NCBI GenBank assembly: GCA_963743915.1
Contig: CAVURN010000005.1
Coordinates: 128,001 to 192,000 of the forward strand
Source: an uncultured Actinomycetota bacterium
GTDB lineage: Bacteria > Actinomycetota > Actinomycetes > JAHEKZ01
DNA length: 64,000 nucleotides
Direction: 5' to 3'
Shown here: positions 10,042 through 21,123 of the stretch, piece by piece
Layout: each line of letters begins with the position of its first letter
Numbering within the stretch: the stretch's first letter is position 1
Made by a program: the position numbers and the translations under genes
Notes under the pieces: generated by a model
The model's input: only the letters and a program-made list of their open reading frames with translations
Databases searched by the model: none
Told to the model about the DNA's origin: nothing

Positions 10042-12402
10042 GTGTCCAGAGAGTTCCGCGGCAAGATCGCGCTCGACGTCAGGGATTCCGTCCCGGACTG
10101 GGAGCCTTACCTCGCCCCCAAGGCGGAGCCTGGTGCCCCCAACGTGCTCATGATCGTCTGGGACGACGTGGGGTTCGGGGCCATGGACGTGTTCGGCGGC
10201 CCCATCGAGACGCCCGACGATGCGTCGGATCGCGGATCGCGGGGTCCGGTTCACCAACTTCCACACCACCGCACTCTGCTCGCCGACGCGGGCTTCATTG
10301 CTCCTGACCGGCCGCAACGCGACCACCAACGGCATGGCCACCATCGCCGAGTTCGCCTCGGGCTTCCCCGGGCATCTCGACCCGGATCCCGTTCGGGAGC
10401 GGGTTCCTCTCCGAGGTTCTCGCCGAACGGGGCTACAACACCTACGCCGTGGGCAAGTGGCATCTCACACCCGGCGAGGAGTGCAACCAGGCGGCCTACA
10501 AAGGTCGGTGGCCGCTCGGTCGCGGTTTCGAGCGCTTCTACGGCTGGCTGGGCGGCGAGACCAACTGCTACTACCCCGACCTGATCCACGACAACCATCC
10601 CACCGAGCCGCCGTCCCGGCCCGAGGACGGCTACCACCTGGCGGACGACCTCTCGGACAAGGCCATCTCCTTCATCCAGGACGCCAAGGTCGTCGACCCG
10701 GACAAGCCCTTCTTCATGTACTTCGCACCCCAGGCCGGTCACGCCCCTCATCTGGTGCCGCTGGACTGGGCGGACCGCTACCGCGGGAAGTTCGACCAGG
10801 GATATGAGGCCATCAGGCCGGAGATCCTGGCCCGGCAGGTCGAGCTCGGCATCCTCCCCCCCGACACCGAGCTGTCCGCCCTCAATCCGCACGGGGAGCC
10901 GCAGCGCACGGGACCGGACGGTCAGCCTTGGCCGCTGCTCGACACGGTCCGCCCCTGGGAGTCGTTGTCTGCCGACGAGCAGCGTCTGTTCATCCGCATG
11001 GCCGAGGTCTTCGCCGGCTTCATCTCGTACCACGACGACCGACTGGGCGCGATCATCGACTTCCTCGAAGACTCCGGTGAAGCTGGACAACACGCTGATC
11101 GTGGTCGTCTCCGACAACGGATCGAGCGGCGAGGGCGGGCCGAACGGCTCGTTCAACGAGTGGCGCTTCTTCAACGGCGTCTTCGACACCGCCGAGGACA
11201 CCCTTGCCGCACCTCGACGAGCTGGGAACACCGGCCTCGAACAACCACTACAACACCGGCTGGGCATGGGCCTTCGACACACCGTTCCCCTACTGGAAGC
11301 GCTGGGCCGGCTTCGAGGGCGGCACCGCCGACGTGTGCCTGGTGTCGTGGCCCGAGAAGATCACTGCCCACGGCGAGCTGCGCGACCAGTACGTCCATGC
11401 CGTGGACGTCGTCCCCACGATCTACGACCTGCTCGACATCGAACCGCCCGAGGTGATCAACGGCCACCCCCAGCTGCCCGATCGAGGGCGAGAGCTTCGC
11501 GGACGCACTGCACGACGCGGATGCCCCCGCCAAGAGCACGCAGTTCTACGCGATGCTCGGTCAGCGCTCGATCTACCACGAGGGCTACCTCGCCTGCACC
11601 GTCCACCCGCCCCTCAGCAGCTGGGGCAACTTCGAGGCCGACGAGTGGGAGCTCTACCACCTGGCGTCGGACCGTTCGCAGTCGCACAACATCGCCCAGG
11701 ACGAGCCCGAGCGCCTCGAGTCGGCTCAAGTCGCTGTGGTTCTACGAGGCGGGACGGCTGAACGGGCTCCCCTGGACGACCGCTCGGCACTCGAGCAGGT
11801 GCTGGCCGAGCGTCCACGCGCCGCGGACCCCCGCGACCGGTACGTGTTCTACCCGCACTGCTCCGACGTCCCCGAGTCGGCCGGACCCATGATCGCCGGC
11901 CGCTCGTTCTCCATCGCGGCCGGTGTCGAGGTCGAAGCCGGAGCCGAAGGCGTGCTCTGGGCCGCCGGCGGTATCCCTGGCGGCCACAGCCTCTACCTCA
12001 AGGACGGACGGCTGCGTTACACCTTCAACTGGGTCGGCACGTTCCTGCAGGACGTCGTGTCCGAGCGCGAGGTGACGCCGGGGACGCACGTCCTGGCCGC
12101 CGACTTCGTCGTCACCGGCAAGAGTGACGAACCCCAAGATGCCCGGCGCCAAGGGCACCCTGACGCTCTACGTCGACGACGAGGTGGTCGGCAGCGAAGA
12201 GATCGTGACTCAACCCGGATACTTCTGCCTCACAGGGGACGGCATCTGTGTCGGGCGGGACAGCGCCTCCGCGGTGACACCGGAGTACGTCGCGCCGTTC
12301 GAGTTCCGCGGTGGGACGATCGACCGCGTGGTGGTAGACCTGTCCGGTGAGCGGTACGTCGACCACGAGGCAGAGGTGCGCACCTGGTTCGCACTCGACT
12401 GA
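10042..12402 (+). CDS. Arylsulfatase (AtsA/AtsD-like, Cys-type), split by several frameshifts
   Basis: Fragments in successive frames: IVWDDVGFG, LCSPTRAS (CxPxR), GKWHL, SDNGSSGEGG, HAVDVVPT and C-terminal domain. Confidence 0.85.
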
Positions 12403-12467
12403 CCCGATCGACGGACCGAAGGGAGGCACCGGGGTGAGCCTCGCACATCCCACGCGCCTTTCACGTC

Positions 12468-13780
12468 ATGTCCAAGCCGACGGGTGCGATCTGCAACCTG
12501 GACTGTGAGTACTGCTTCTTCCTGTCCAAGGAGGAGCTCTACCCAGGCAGTGGGTTCCGGATGCCTCCCGAGGTGCATGAGGCCTACATCCAGCAGCTGC
12601 TCGAGGCGCAGCGGGGTGTGGACGAGGTCGTGGTCGCGTTCCAGGGCGGTGAGCCGACACTCATGGGTGTCGAGTTCTTCCGGCGCACCTTGGAGCTGGA
12701 ACGGAGGCTACGCGGCCCCTGGCCAGAAGGTGCTCAACACCCTGCAGACCAACGCCACGCTGATCGACGACGAGTGGGCGAGCTTCCTGGCCGAGCACCA
12801 TTTCCTGGTCGGTGTCTCCATCGACGGACCACGTGAGATGCACGACGCGTACCGCGTCGACAAGGGTGGGAAACCCACCTTCGACCGGGTGGTAGCCGGG
12901 CTCGAGACCCTTCAACGTCACGGCGTGGAGTGGAACGCTCTGACGACAGTCAACGCCGCCAACGGTGACCACGGGCGAGACGTCTACCGCTTCCTGCGCG
13001 ACGATCTCGGGGCCCGTTTCATCCAGCTCATCCCCATCGTCGAACGGGTGACGGCAGACCTCCTGGTCCAGGCAGAGTCAGGCTGGGGATCACGACGCGG
13101 CGAGCGCCCTCTGTACCAGCAACGTGGAGACCTGGTGACCCGGCGGAGTGTGGGAGCCGAGCAGTACGGCCGGTTTCTGATCGACGTCTTCGAGGAGTGG
13201 GGCCGGCACGACGTCGGCGACGTCTTCGTGCAGATGTTCGACACGGCCCTGGCCCACTGGATGGGCATGCACCAGACGGGAATGTGCGTGCACGCCGTCA
13301 CCTGCGGCGACGCCGTGGCCCTGGAGCACAACGGCGACCTCTACTCCTGCGACCACTACGTGGAGCCCGACTATCTCTTGGGCAACATCACCGAGGGAAG
13401 GACCCTGCTCGAGCTCGTCGACTCCCCCCGCCAGACGGGCCTTCGGCGCAGCGAAGAAGGACACGCTCCCCGCCTACTGCCGGTCGTGCGATGTCCGCTT
13501 CGCCTGCAACGGTGGCTGTCCCAAGGACCGTTTCATCACGACGCCCGACGGCGAGGACGGCCTCCACTACCTGTGCGCCGGCTACCAGTTGTTCTTCCGG
13601 CACGTGGACGAGCCCATGAGGGTGATGACCGAGCTCCTCCGCCGCGGCGAGGACGCCACCGGCCTCCGCGACTGGTACCGGCAGGCCGACTCCGCTCGGG
13701 CTCGCAACGACCCGTGCAGCTGCGGGAGCGGGCTCAAGTGGAAGAAGTGCCACGGTGCTCACCCCGCCACCGTGAGGTGA
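12468..13780 (+). CDS. Anaerobic sulfatase maturase (radical SAM/SPASM) with C-terminal SEC-C motif, frameshifted
   Basis: KPTGAICNLDCEYC, FQGGEPTL, LQTNATL, GDLYSCDHYV, CNGGCPKDR, RNDPCSCGSGLKWKKCHG. Confidence 0.88.
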
Positions 13781-13810
13781 GGATCTGGCGGGCGACGTCG
13801 ACCGTTGCCG

Positions 13811-14320
13811 TCAGGCCGCTGGCAGGAACCGCCGGGTGTCGGGAGCCCAGTCCCTGCCGTAGCCGGCGTCGTGCACGAGCACCGAGACACGGACGTCACG
13901 GTGCAGGCGGATGCAGCTGGACGGGAGTGTGGCCCTCGCGACGGGACGGTCGGTGTCCATGCTGTAGCTGACCCGGCCACACGTCGGACCCGGCATTCCG
14001 TCGTCCCGCCAGCTGTCGACACGCAGCAACGCCCACTCGCTGTCGGCGTACGCAGAGATCTTCCACTCCGGGCCGGCGTTCCTCGGCCGGGAGTCGATGA
14101 AGATCGCCAGCTCGGCTCCGTAGACCACCTTCGTCAGACGGGTCGTCACCCGCAGCCGGTCAGCGGTGTGCACGTGCTCGACGACGACGCGCCTGATGTC
14201 GCTCCGAGAACCGGTGTCGCCAACCTCGTCGTCGAAGCTCACGGTCCCCGCCCACGCGGCCGGGGCAGCGACCAGGCTCAGCACCCCGGTCATCGCGACA
14301 GCCAGCATCGAACGTCTCAT
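13811..14320 (-). CDS. Hypothetical secreted protein
   Basis: Signal peptide MRRSMLAVAMTGVLSLVAAPAAWA; GAGAGG RBS; two Cys; no family recognised. Confidence 0.65.
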   Translation of the reverse strand: MRRSMLAVAMTGVLSLVAAPAAWAGTVSFDDEVGDTGSRSDIRRVVVEHVHTADRLRVTTRLTKVVYGAELAIFIDSRPRNAGPEWKISAYADSEWALLRVDSWRDDGMPGPTCGRVSYSMDTDRPVARATLPSSCIRLHRDVRVSVLVHDAGYGRDWAPDTRRFLPAA

Positions 14321-14400
14321 GGTCCACCTCTCGTCGGACGCCCGGAGCGTCATCGCATCCATTACCTCACGGCGCCCGGTGAAACGGTAGGAATGGTCCT

Positions 14401-15666
14401 GTGGACACTGTGGCCCTGGCGTCGATCGCCCTCCTGCTGACGGTCTATGCACTGATCAGTCGCCGGCTTTCGACCACGGTGGTGTCGGCGGCGATGTTCT
14501 TCCTCATCGGGGGCCTGCTCCTCGGCACGACCGGATCAGGAGCGATTGACGAGACCGCCACCAGCTCCACGATCGAGGCCCTCGCGGAGCTCACCCTCGC
14601 GCTGGTCCTCTTCGGCGACGCATCCCGCATCCGCCCTGGAGCACTGCGGCGGGAGGCGACCCTGCCGGTCCGCCTCCTCGGCGTCGGTCTCCCCCTGACC
14701 ATCGTGGCCGGCACCGCCGTGGGGCTCATGCTCCTGCCCGAGCTGCTGCTGGCGGAGGCTGTCGTCCTTGCCATCATCCTCGCGCCGACCGACGCCGCCC
14801 TCGGGCAGGCGGTCGTCACCGACCAGAGGCTCCCGGGCCGAGTACGACAGGCCCTGAACGTCGAGAGCGGGCTGAACGACGGCATCTGCGTTCCGCTGCT
14901 GGTCATCGCGCTGGCCTGGGCGGACGCCGAGAGCGGCGCGTTGTCCGCGTCCGAGAGTGTCGTCGTGACGGCCGAAGCGATCGGCTACGGGCTGCTCGGC
15001 GGACTGGCTGTGGGTGCGGTGACCGCTGTGGCCCTGAAGATCTCGGCACGACGTGGCTGGGTCGACGCGTCGTGGGCTCAGCTCGTCCCGCTCGGAGCCG
15101 CGCTGCTCGCCTACGCGGCAGCGGACGCTGCCGGGGGCAGCGGGTTCATCGCCGCCTACGTCGCGGGGGCCACGTTCGGCATGTTGTACGCCGAGCACGA
15201 CGCCGTCACGCGCTTCCTCGAGGAGTCAGGTGGTCTGCTCAATGCGTTGACCTTCATCGTCCTCGGTGCCGCGGTCGTTGCACCCAACCTCGACCAGGTG
15301 GATCCGACCATGGCGCTCTACGCAGCTCTCAGCCTGACCGTCGTCCGGATGCTGCCTGTCGCGCTCTCGCTCCTGGGCACGGGTGCGCGAGCACCGACCG
15401 TGGGCTTCGTCGGCTGGTTCGGCCCTCGAGGTCTCGCCTCGCTCGTGTTCGCCGTCTACGTGCTCGACGCCGCAGGGCTCGCCCACGCTGATCTGGTGGT
15501 CACCGTGGCGATGACGACTGTCCTCATGTCGGTCGTCGCGCACGGCGTCTCGGCGGTGCCCCTGGTGAACCGCTACGCCGATTGGTATGTGGCACAACGC
15601 AAGGAGTCCCTGATGGAGACCGTGAGCGTCGAGCAGCACCGGACGCGGCACCGAACCTTCGGATGA
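14401..15666 (+). CDS. Cation:proton antiporter (CPA1/NhaP-like)
   Basis: LAPTDAALG, NVESGLNDG, GWFGPRGLAS motifs; multi-TM. Confidence 0.9.
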   Translation: MDTVALASIALLLTVYALISRRLSTTVVSAAMFFLIGGLLLGTTGSGAIDETATSSTIEALAELTLALVLFGDASRIRPGALRREATLPVRLLGVGLPLTIVAGTAVGLMLLPELLLAEAVVLAIILAPTDAALGQAVVTDQRLPGRVRQALNVESGLNDGICVPLLVIALAWADAESGALSASESVVVTAEAIGYGLLGGLAVGAVTAVALKISARRGWVDASWAQLVPLGAALLAYAAADAAGGSGFIAAYVAGATFGMLYAEHDAVTRFLEESGGLLNALTFIVLGAAVVAPNLDQVDPTMALYAALSLTVVRMLPVALSLLGTGARAPTVGFVGWFGPRGLASLVFAVYVLDAAGLAHADLVVTVAMTTVLMSVVAHGVSAVPLVNRYADWYVAQRKESLMETVSVEQHRTRHRTFG

Positions 15667-15679
15667 GACCGGACCGGGG

Positions 15680-18136
15680 TCACTGTCTGATTCGGTCACC
15701 GGCTGGGTCGTACGGTGCACGTCGGTGCAGGACGGCACCACAGACGCGTCCACCCACGTTGACCTCGTAGGTGCCCACCCCGAGGTACTCGGCGGTGACC
15801 GGCTCGCCGTCGCGCCGCCAGACGTAGGCCAGAGCCACGCAGGCGCCCAACGTCTCCCCCCAGGCGGCGGACGTCACCTGCCCAACTGCCTCGCCGTCCC
15901 TGAGCACGAGCTCGCCGCCCCACATCATCACGTCGGGGTCGGACAGCACGAGGGAGACCAAGGACCTCGAGGGACCTTGCGCCTTCACCCGCTCCACCGC
16001 CGCTCGGCCGAGGAAGGGGATCTCCGTCTTGAGCTTGCAGGCAAAGAGCAGACCCGCCTCCACGGGCGTGTAGTCGGGGGTCAGCTCGGCGCCGAAGGCG
16101 CGATACCCCTTCTCGAGGCGCAGTGAGTTGATCGTGTAGTAGCCGGCCGGGCGCAGACCGAGATCCGCGCCTGCTGCAGTCAGCTCCTCGTAGACGCCGA
16201 CAGCGAACTCGGCGGGAACGTACAGCTCCCATCCGAGCTCGCCGACGTACGTGATCCGGGTCGCGCGCACCGTCGCGTGGCCGAGGTCGATCTCACGGCT
16301 CGTCGAGAACGGGAAGCCCTCATCGGTCAGGTCTGCGCGCGACAGGCGCTTCAGGAGCTCCCGGGAGCGGGGACCCATGACGCCGAACACTGCGTACGCA
16401 CCCGTCACATCGACGACGCCGACGCGCTGGTCGTCGTCGATGTGTCGGCGGATCCATGTGTGGTCACGGATGACCGACGCGGACCCGGTCACCAGCAGGT
16501 ACTCCTCCTGGGTGAGGCGGGTCACCGTGACGTCCGCCTCGTAGCCTCCCCGCTCGTTGAGCAGGCCGGTGTAGACCGCTCGACCCGGGGCGACTGCCAC
16601 GTCGGCTGTGCAGAGTCGTTGCAACAGGGCTTCGGCGTCCGGGCCACTGATGAGCAGCTTGCCGAAGGAGGTCTGGTCGAACAGGGCGACGGACTCGCGC
16701 GCTGCGCGCTGCTCCAGGGCGGACCACTCGATCCACGCCGGCTTCTCCCAGCTGTACTGCAGGTGCGGCTCGGCCCCCGGTGGCGCGAAGACGTTCGCCC
16801 GCTCCCAACCCATCTTCGAGCCGAACGCCGCCCCTTCCGCTTCGAGCAGGTGGTGGACGGGTGACCGGCGGAACGGTCTGGCCGTGGTGAGCTCCCGATT
16901 GGGCCAGGGCACTTCGTAGTGCAGGCCGAGGATCTCGGCGACCCGGTCGCGCAGCCACTGGTTGTTCCCGTTGAAGGTGGCGAACCGCCGGATGTCGACG
17001 GCGGTCAGGTCGCTGGTCGGCTCGCCGCCGACGATCCACTCCGCGAGTGCGCGACCGGCGCCCCCGGCCGAGGCGATGCCGACCGAGTTGAAGCCCGCGC
17101 CGACGTAGAAGTTCCGGAGCTCCGGTGCCTCGCCGAGGATGAACTGGTTGTCCGGCGTGAAGCTCTCCGGGCCGTTGTAGAACTTCTTGATCCCGGTGTG
17201 CTGCAAGGCAGGGATGCGCTGCAGTGCGTTCTCCATCAGGATCGAGAAGTGCTCCCAGTCCTCGTCCAGGAGCTGGAACTCGAACGGGTATGGGATCTGG
17301 TCGGGCGACACCCAGGGCTTGGCCTCGGGCTCGAAGCCGCCCACCACCAGCCCACCCACTTCTTCCTTCATGTACGTGTAGCCGTCCGGATCGCGAAGAA
17401 TGGGTAGATCGCGGTGGACCCCCTCGATCTGTTCCGTCACCACGTAGAAGTGTTCGGCGGAGTGCAGCGGCACCGTCACCCCGGCCAGGAGACCGACGGC
17501 GTATGCCCATTGTCCGGCACAGTTCGCGACCACCTCGCACTCGATGGTCCCGCGGTCGGTCTCCACCCCGGTGACGGTGCCGTTCCGTTGCAGGACTCCC
17601 ACCGCGCGTACGCCCTCGAAGACCCGCACCCCGAGATTGCGCGCCCCCTTGGCCAGTGACTGCGTGACATCCGTGGGGTTCGCCGTCCCGTCCCCGGGGA
17701 GCCACAGGGCACCAAGAAGGTCCTCGGTCGCGAGGATCGGGTACAGCTCGCGCGCCCGCTCCGGGGAGATCAGCTCACACTCGAGGTCATAGGCCTCCGC
17801 GGTCGCGGCTGTGCGTTGCAGCTGCACCATGCGGTCCGGAGTCCGCGCGACGGTGACACCGCCGCAGCGCTTGAACCCGGTACCGAGCCCGGTCTCCTCC
17901 TCGAGGCGCTCGTAGAGGGACGCGGAGTACTGGACGAGTCGCGTCCCGCTCTCGGTGGCCCGCAGCTGTCCGACGAGTCCCGCCGCATGCCACGTGGTGC
18001 CTCCGGACAGCTTTCCCTGCTCCAGCAGGACTACGTCGGTCCAGCCCAGATGTGCCAGGTGATAGGCGACACTCGTGCCGACGATTCCTCCCCCGATGAT
18101 GACGGCACGGGCGTGCGAGGGCAGGTCGTCACTCAT
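15680..18136 (-). CDS. GcvT-family FAD-dependent N-demethylase (sarcosine/dimethylglycine dehydrogenase-like)
   Basis: GGGIVG, GTTWHAAG, NGPESFTPDN, YVGELGWELY, SLRLEKGY. Confidence 0.9.
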   Translation of the reverse strand: MSDDLPSHARAVIIGGGIVGTSVAYHLAHLGWTDVVLLEQGKLSGGTTWHAAGLVGQLRATESGTRLVQYSASLYERLEEETGLGTGFKRCGGVTVARTPDRMVQLQRTAATAEAYDLECELISPERARELYPILATEDLLGALWLPGDGTANPTDVTQSLAKGARNLGVRVFEGVRAVGVLQRNGTVTGVETDRGTIECEVVANCAGQWAYAVGLLAGVTVPLHSAEHFYVVTEQIEGVHRDLPILRDPDGYTYMKEEVGGLVVGGFEPEAKPWVSPDQIPYPFEFQLLDEDWEHFSILMENALQRIPALQHTGIKKFYNGPESFTPDNQFILGEAPELRNFYVGAGFNSVGIASAGGAGRALAEWIVGGEPTSDLTAVDIRRFATFNGNNQWLRDRVAEILGLHYEVPWPNRELTTARPFRRSPVHHLLEAEGAAFGSKMGWERANVFAPPGAEPHLQYSWEKPAWIEWSALEQRAARESVALFDQTSFGKLLISGPDAEALLQRLCTADVAVAPGRAVYTGLLNERGGYEADVTVTRLTQEEYLLVTGSASVIRDHTWIRRHIDDDQRVGVVDVTGAYAVFGVMGPRSRELLKRLSRADLTDEGFPFSTSREIDLGHATVRATRITYVGELGWELYVPAEFAVGVYEELTAAGADLGLRPAGYYTINSLRLEKGYRAFGAELTPDYTPVEAGLLFACKLKTEIPFLGRAAVERVKAQGPSRSLVSLVLSDPDVMMWGGELVLRDGEAVGQVTSAAWGETLGACVALAYVWRRDGEPVTAEYLGVGTYEVNVGGRVCGAVLHRRAPYDPAGDRIRQ

Positions 18137-18321
18137 GCGCCAGAGGCTACGACACGTGCGGGTCACAACTCGGAGAGTTGTGTGCCCAAATCTCTATCCA
18201 CCGACCCGCAGCGTGGTCTAGAGTCCGACTCCGTCGTGGCGCGTCCAGGCAGACGGCCCGCGAGGGTGCTTGCCGTCAGCCTGTAACGGGGGGCTGTTGT
18301 CGTCGTTCCTCGGAGGGTGGC

Positions 18322-19251
18322 GTGGCGGTTGAGGTCGCAGAGGTGATCGACCCGGACCTGCTCGCGCGCCTGGACGCGGTCCCGGAGCTGGTCGACCGTT
18401 CCGATGTGGAGCTGCTGCCTGGCGGACTGACGAATCGCAACCTCAAGGTGACGACGCGACACGGCGTCTACGTGGCGCGTCTGTCGACGCCGGAGAGCGC
18501 GCTGCTGGCGATCGACCGCAAGAACGAGCACGCCAACTCTGTGGCAGCGGCTGCCTCCGGCGCGGCGCCCGACGTCATCGCGTTCGTACCCGAGGCCAGT
18601 GTGCTGGTCGTGCGCTTCGTCAACGGCCGCACGTGGACCAACGAGGATGTGCTCGCCCCCGAGAACGCGCCTCGTCTGGCGGAGGTGTGTCGCCAGCTGC
18701 ACGACGGTCCGCGCTTTGTCGGCGAGTTCAACATGCTGCGCCTGCAGCCGCAGTACCTCTCGATTGTCCAGGAGCGAGGATTCCGACTCCCCGACCGCTA
18801 CCTGGATTTCGCAGACGCCGTCAGGGCCATCGGCGATGCGTTCGATGCCCGGCCGGTCGGAAGTGTGCCCTGCAACAACGACCTGCTGGCGGCGAACTTC
18901 ATCGACACGGGTGACCGGGTCTGGCTCATCGACTACGAGTACTCGGGGAACAACGACCCGTTCTTCGAGCTCGGCAATGCGTGGAGTGAGGCCGCAGGGA
19001 CGCCGGACGACCTCGAGCGGATCATCGCCGCCTATGTCGGACACCCGTCGAAGCCCCTGACAGCGCGCGCTCGGCTGTGGGGACTCATGAGCAAGTACGG
19101 GTGGACGCTCTGGGCGTCGATCCAGGACGGCACCAGCGACCTCGACTTCGACTTCTGGGAGTGGGGGATGGAGAAGTACGTCCGGGCAGTGGACGAGTTC
19201 GACTCGCCCGAATTCGGACGCCTACTGGAGGAGGTGCGCCGAGCAGACTGA
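18322..19251 (+). CDS. Choline/ethanolamine kinase family phosphotransferase
   Basis: GGLTNRN, Brenner-type motif CNNDLLAANF, LIDYEYSGNND. Confidence 0.85.
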   Translation: MAVEVAEVIDPDLLARLDAVPELVDRSDVELLPGGLTNRNLKVTTRHGVYVARLSTPESALLAIDRKNEHANSVAAAASGAAPDVIAFVPEASVLVVRFVNGRTWTNEDVLAPENAPRLAEVCRQLHDGPRFVGEFNMLRLQPQYLSIVQERGFRLPDRYLDFADAVRAIGDAFDARPVGSVPCNNDLLAANFIDTGDRVWLIDYEYSGNNDPFFELGNAWSEAAGTPDDLERIIAAYVGHPSKPLTARARLWGLMSKYGWTLWASIQDGTSDLDFDFWEWGMEKYVRAVDEFDSPEFGRLLEEVRRAD

Positions 19252-19370
19252 CGGCCGCCGTGCCGAAGATTCTCCCGCGTGTCGCGGAGCGGATCAAGCG
19301 GACGGTGCCACACTTCGATCAAGGTCGCGGTACCGCCGCGGCTCTATGGGGTTTCAAAAGGAGACACCTG

Positions 19371-21062
19371 ATGGTGGACATCTCGAAGCTGGGTGATGAC
19401 GAGAAGAAACTCGCCGAGCTCGGCTACAAGCAGGAGCTGAGTCGGACATGGTCGGGGTTCTCCAACTTCGCCATCTCCTTCTCGATCATCTCGATCCTCG
19501 CCGGTTGCTTCACGACCTTCTACTTCGGCTGGAACAACGGTGGTCCGATCGCCATCTCGCTGGGCTGGCCGCTGATCTCTGCCTTCATCCTCATCATCGG
19601 CTTCTGCCTCTCCGAGCTGGTGTCGGCGTACCCGACGTCGGGTGGCATCTACTGGTGGGCCTCGAAGCTCGGCAGCACCAAGGCCGGCTACTACACCGGA
19701 TGGCTCAACCTGGCGGGCCTGGTCGCCATCGTGGCCTCGGTCGCCTACGGCGCAGCCACCTTCCTCGACTACAGCCTTTCGCGCTTCAGCACGTCGTGGG
19801 CAGAGGGTTACTCGCTCGAAAGGGTCTTCGTCCTCTTCGCCGTCATCCTGGTGTTCGTCTCACTGGTGAACATCTTCTCCAGCCACCTGCTGGCGATCTT
19901 CAACAACATCTCCGTGTGGTGGCACGTCATCGGAGCCTCGTTGGTCGTCCTCATCCTGGTGTTCTTCCTCAAGGACGGCGCGAGCCACTGGGGCTTCAGC
20001 GACGTGTTCTCCGGTGAGGTCAACAACACCGGTGGCCTGTTCGAGGGGGAGACCGGCGGACCAGGCTTCTGGTTCTACGTGCTGCCGCTCGGATTCCTGC
20101 TGACCCAGTACACGATCACCGGCTACGACGCCTCGGCGCACCTCTCCGAGGAGACCCATGGCGCCGCGAACGCAGCAGCCAAGGGAATCTGGCAGTCGAT
20201 CTTCTACTCGGCGATCGGCGGCTGGATCCTCCTGCTGGCCTTCCTCTTCGCGGTGCAGGACGCGGATGCGGTGACGGCTGGAGGCGGAGGTGTCCAAGTC
20301 ATCTTCGACCAGGCGCTGACGCCGAAGATGTCCGGCCTCGTCCTGCTCATCGCCACCATCGGTCAGCTCTTCTGCACCACCGCCTGCCTCACCTCTGCCT
20401 CGCGGATGCTCTTCGCGTTCAGCCGAGACGGTGCAGTTCCTGGTGCGCAGTACTGGTCGAGGCTCAACGCGCAGAGGACTCCGGTCTATGCGGTGCTCGC
20501 CGTGGCCGTCACCGGGTTCATCCTCACTCTGCCGGCGCTGTGGAAGGTGAACATCGGCACACCAGAGGAGCCGATCTACACCGTGACTGCGTTCTTCGCG
20601 GTGGTGTCCATCGGTGTGCTGGGTCTCTACCTGGCCTTCGCAATCCCGATCTACTACCGGTTGAAGGCGGGCAGCGCGTTCAAGCAGGGGTCGTGGAACC
20701 TCGGCAACAAGTGGAAGTGGATGGCACCGCTGGCGATCGGCGAGATCCTCATCACGTCGGTCTACTTCATCCTGCCGCTCTACCCTGCAGGTGCTCCGGG
20801 ATTCATGAGAGGTTTGCTGGGGGCACCCGGCACGGACGAGGTGCCGTTCGACTGGAAGTTCGTCAACTACGCACCGCTTGTCCTGGGCGCGCTCTTCCTG
20901 CTCCTCTGGGCTGGATGGCACCTGTCGGCCAAGAACTGGTTCACCGGTCCGAAGCACACCATCGACCTCCCAGAGGGTGTCACGAGTGCTGAGGAGATCG
21001 AGCTCGAGCACGAGCACGAGGGCTACCTCACGGGCGAGCACGACAAGCCCGGTCAGTCCTAG
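19371..21062 (+). CDS. APC-family amino acid/amine permease
   Basis: FSNFAISFSIISIL, ELVSAYPTSGGIYWW, GYDASAHLSEET; AGGAG RBS. Confidence 0.9.
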   Translation: MVDISKLGDDEKKLAELGYKQELSRTWSGFSNFAISFSIISILAGCFTTFYFGWNNGGPIAISLGWPLISAFILIIGFCLSELVSAYPTSGGIYWWASKLGSTKAGYYTGWLNLAGLVAIVASVAYGAATFLDYSLSRFSTSWAEGYSLERVFVLFAVILVFVSLVNIFSSHLLAIFNNISVWWHVIGASLVVLILVFFLKDGASHWGFSDVFSGEVNNTGGLFEGETGGPGFWFYVLPLGFLLTQYTITGYDASAHLSEETHGAANAAAKGIWQSIFYSAIGGWILLLAFLFAVQDADAVTAGGGGVQVIFDQALTPKMSGLVLLIATIGQLFCTTACLTSASRMLFAFSRDGAVPGAQYWSRLNAQRTPVYAVLAVAVTGFILTLPALWKVNIGTPEEPIYTVTAFFAVVSIGVLGLYLAFAIPIYYRLKAGSAFKQGSWNLGNKWKWMAPLAIGEILITSVYFILPLYPAGAPGFMRGLLGAPGTDEVPFDWKFVNYAPLVLGALFLLLWAGWHLSAKNWFTGPKHTIDLPEGVTSAEEIELEHEHEGYLTGEHDKPGQS

Positions 21063-21074
21063 CCGTTCGCAGAG

Positions 21075-21109
21075 GGAAGGGGCGGTGGCCATCGGCCACC
21101 GCCCCTTCC
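21075..21109. terminator. Bidirectional intrinsic terminator between convergent genes
   Basis: GGAAGGGGCGGTGGCC-ATC-GGCCACCGCCCCTTCC perfect 16-bp stem. Confidence 0.8.
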
Positions 21110-21123
21110 TCATACCCGCGCTA

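Noticed and set aside
21073-21085. Additional GGGAAGG regulator site
   Set aside because: Single heptamer forming part of a terminator stem, with no 11-bp partner or -10
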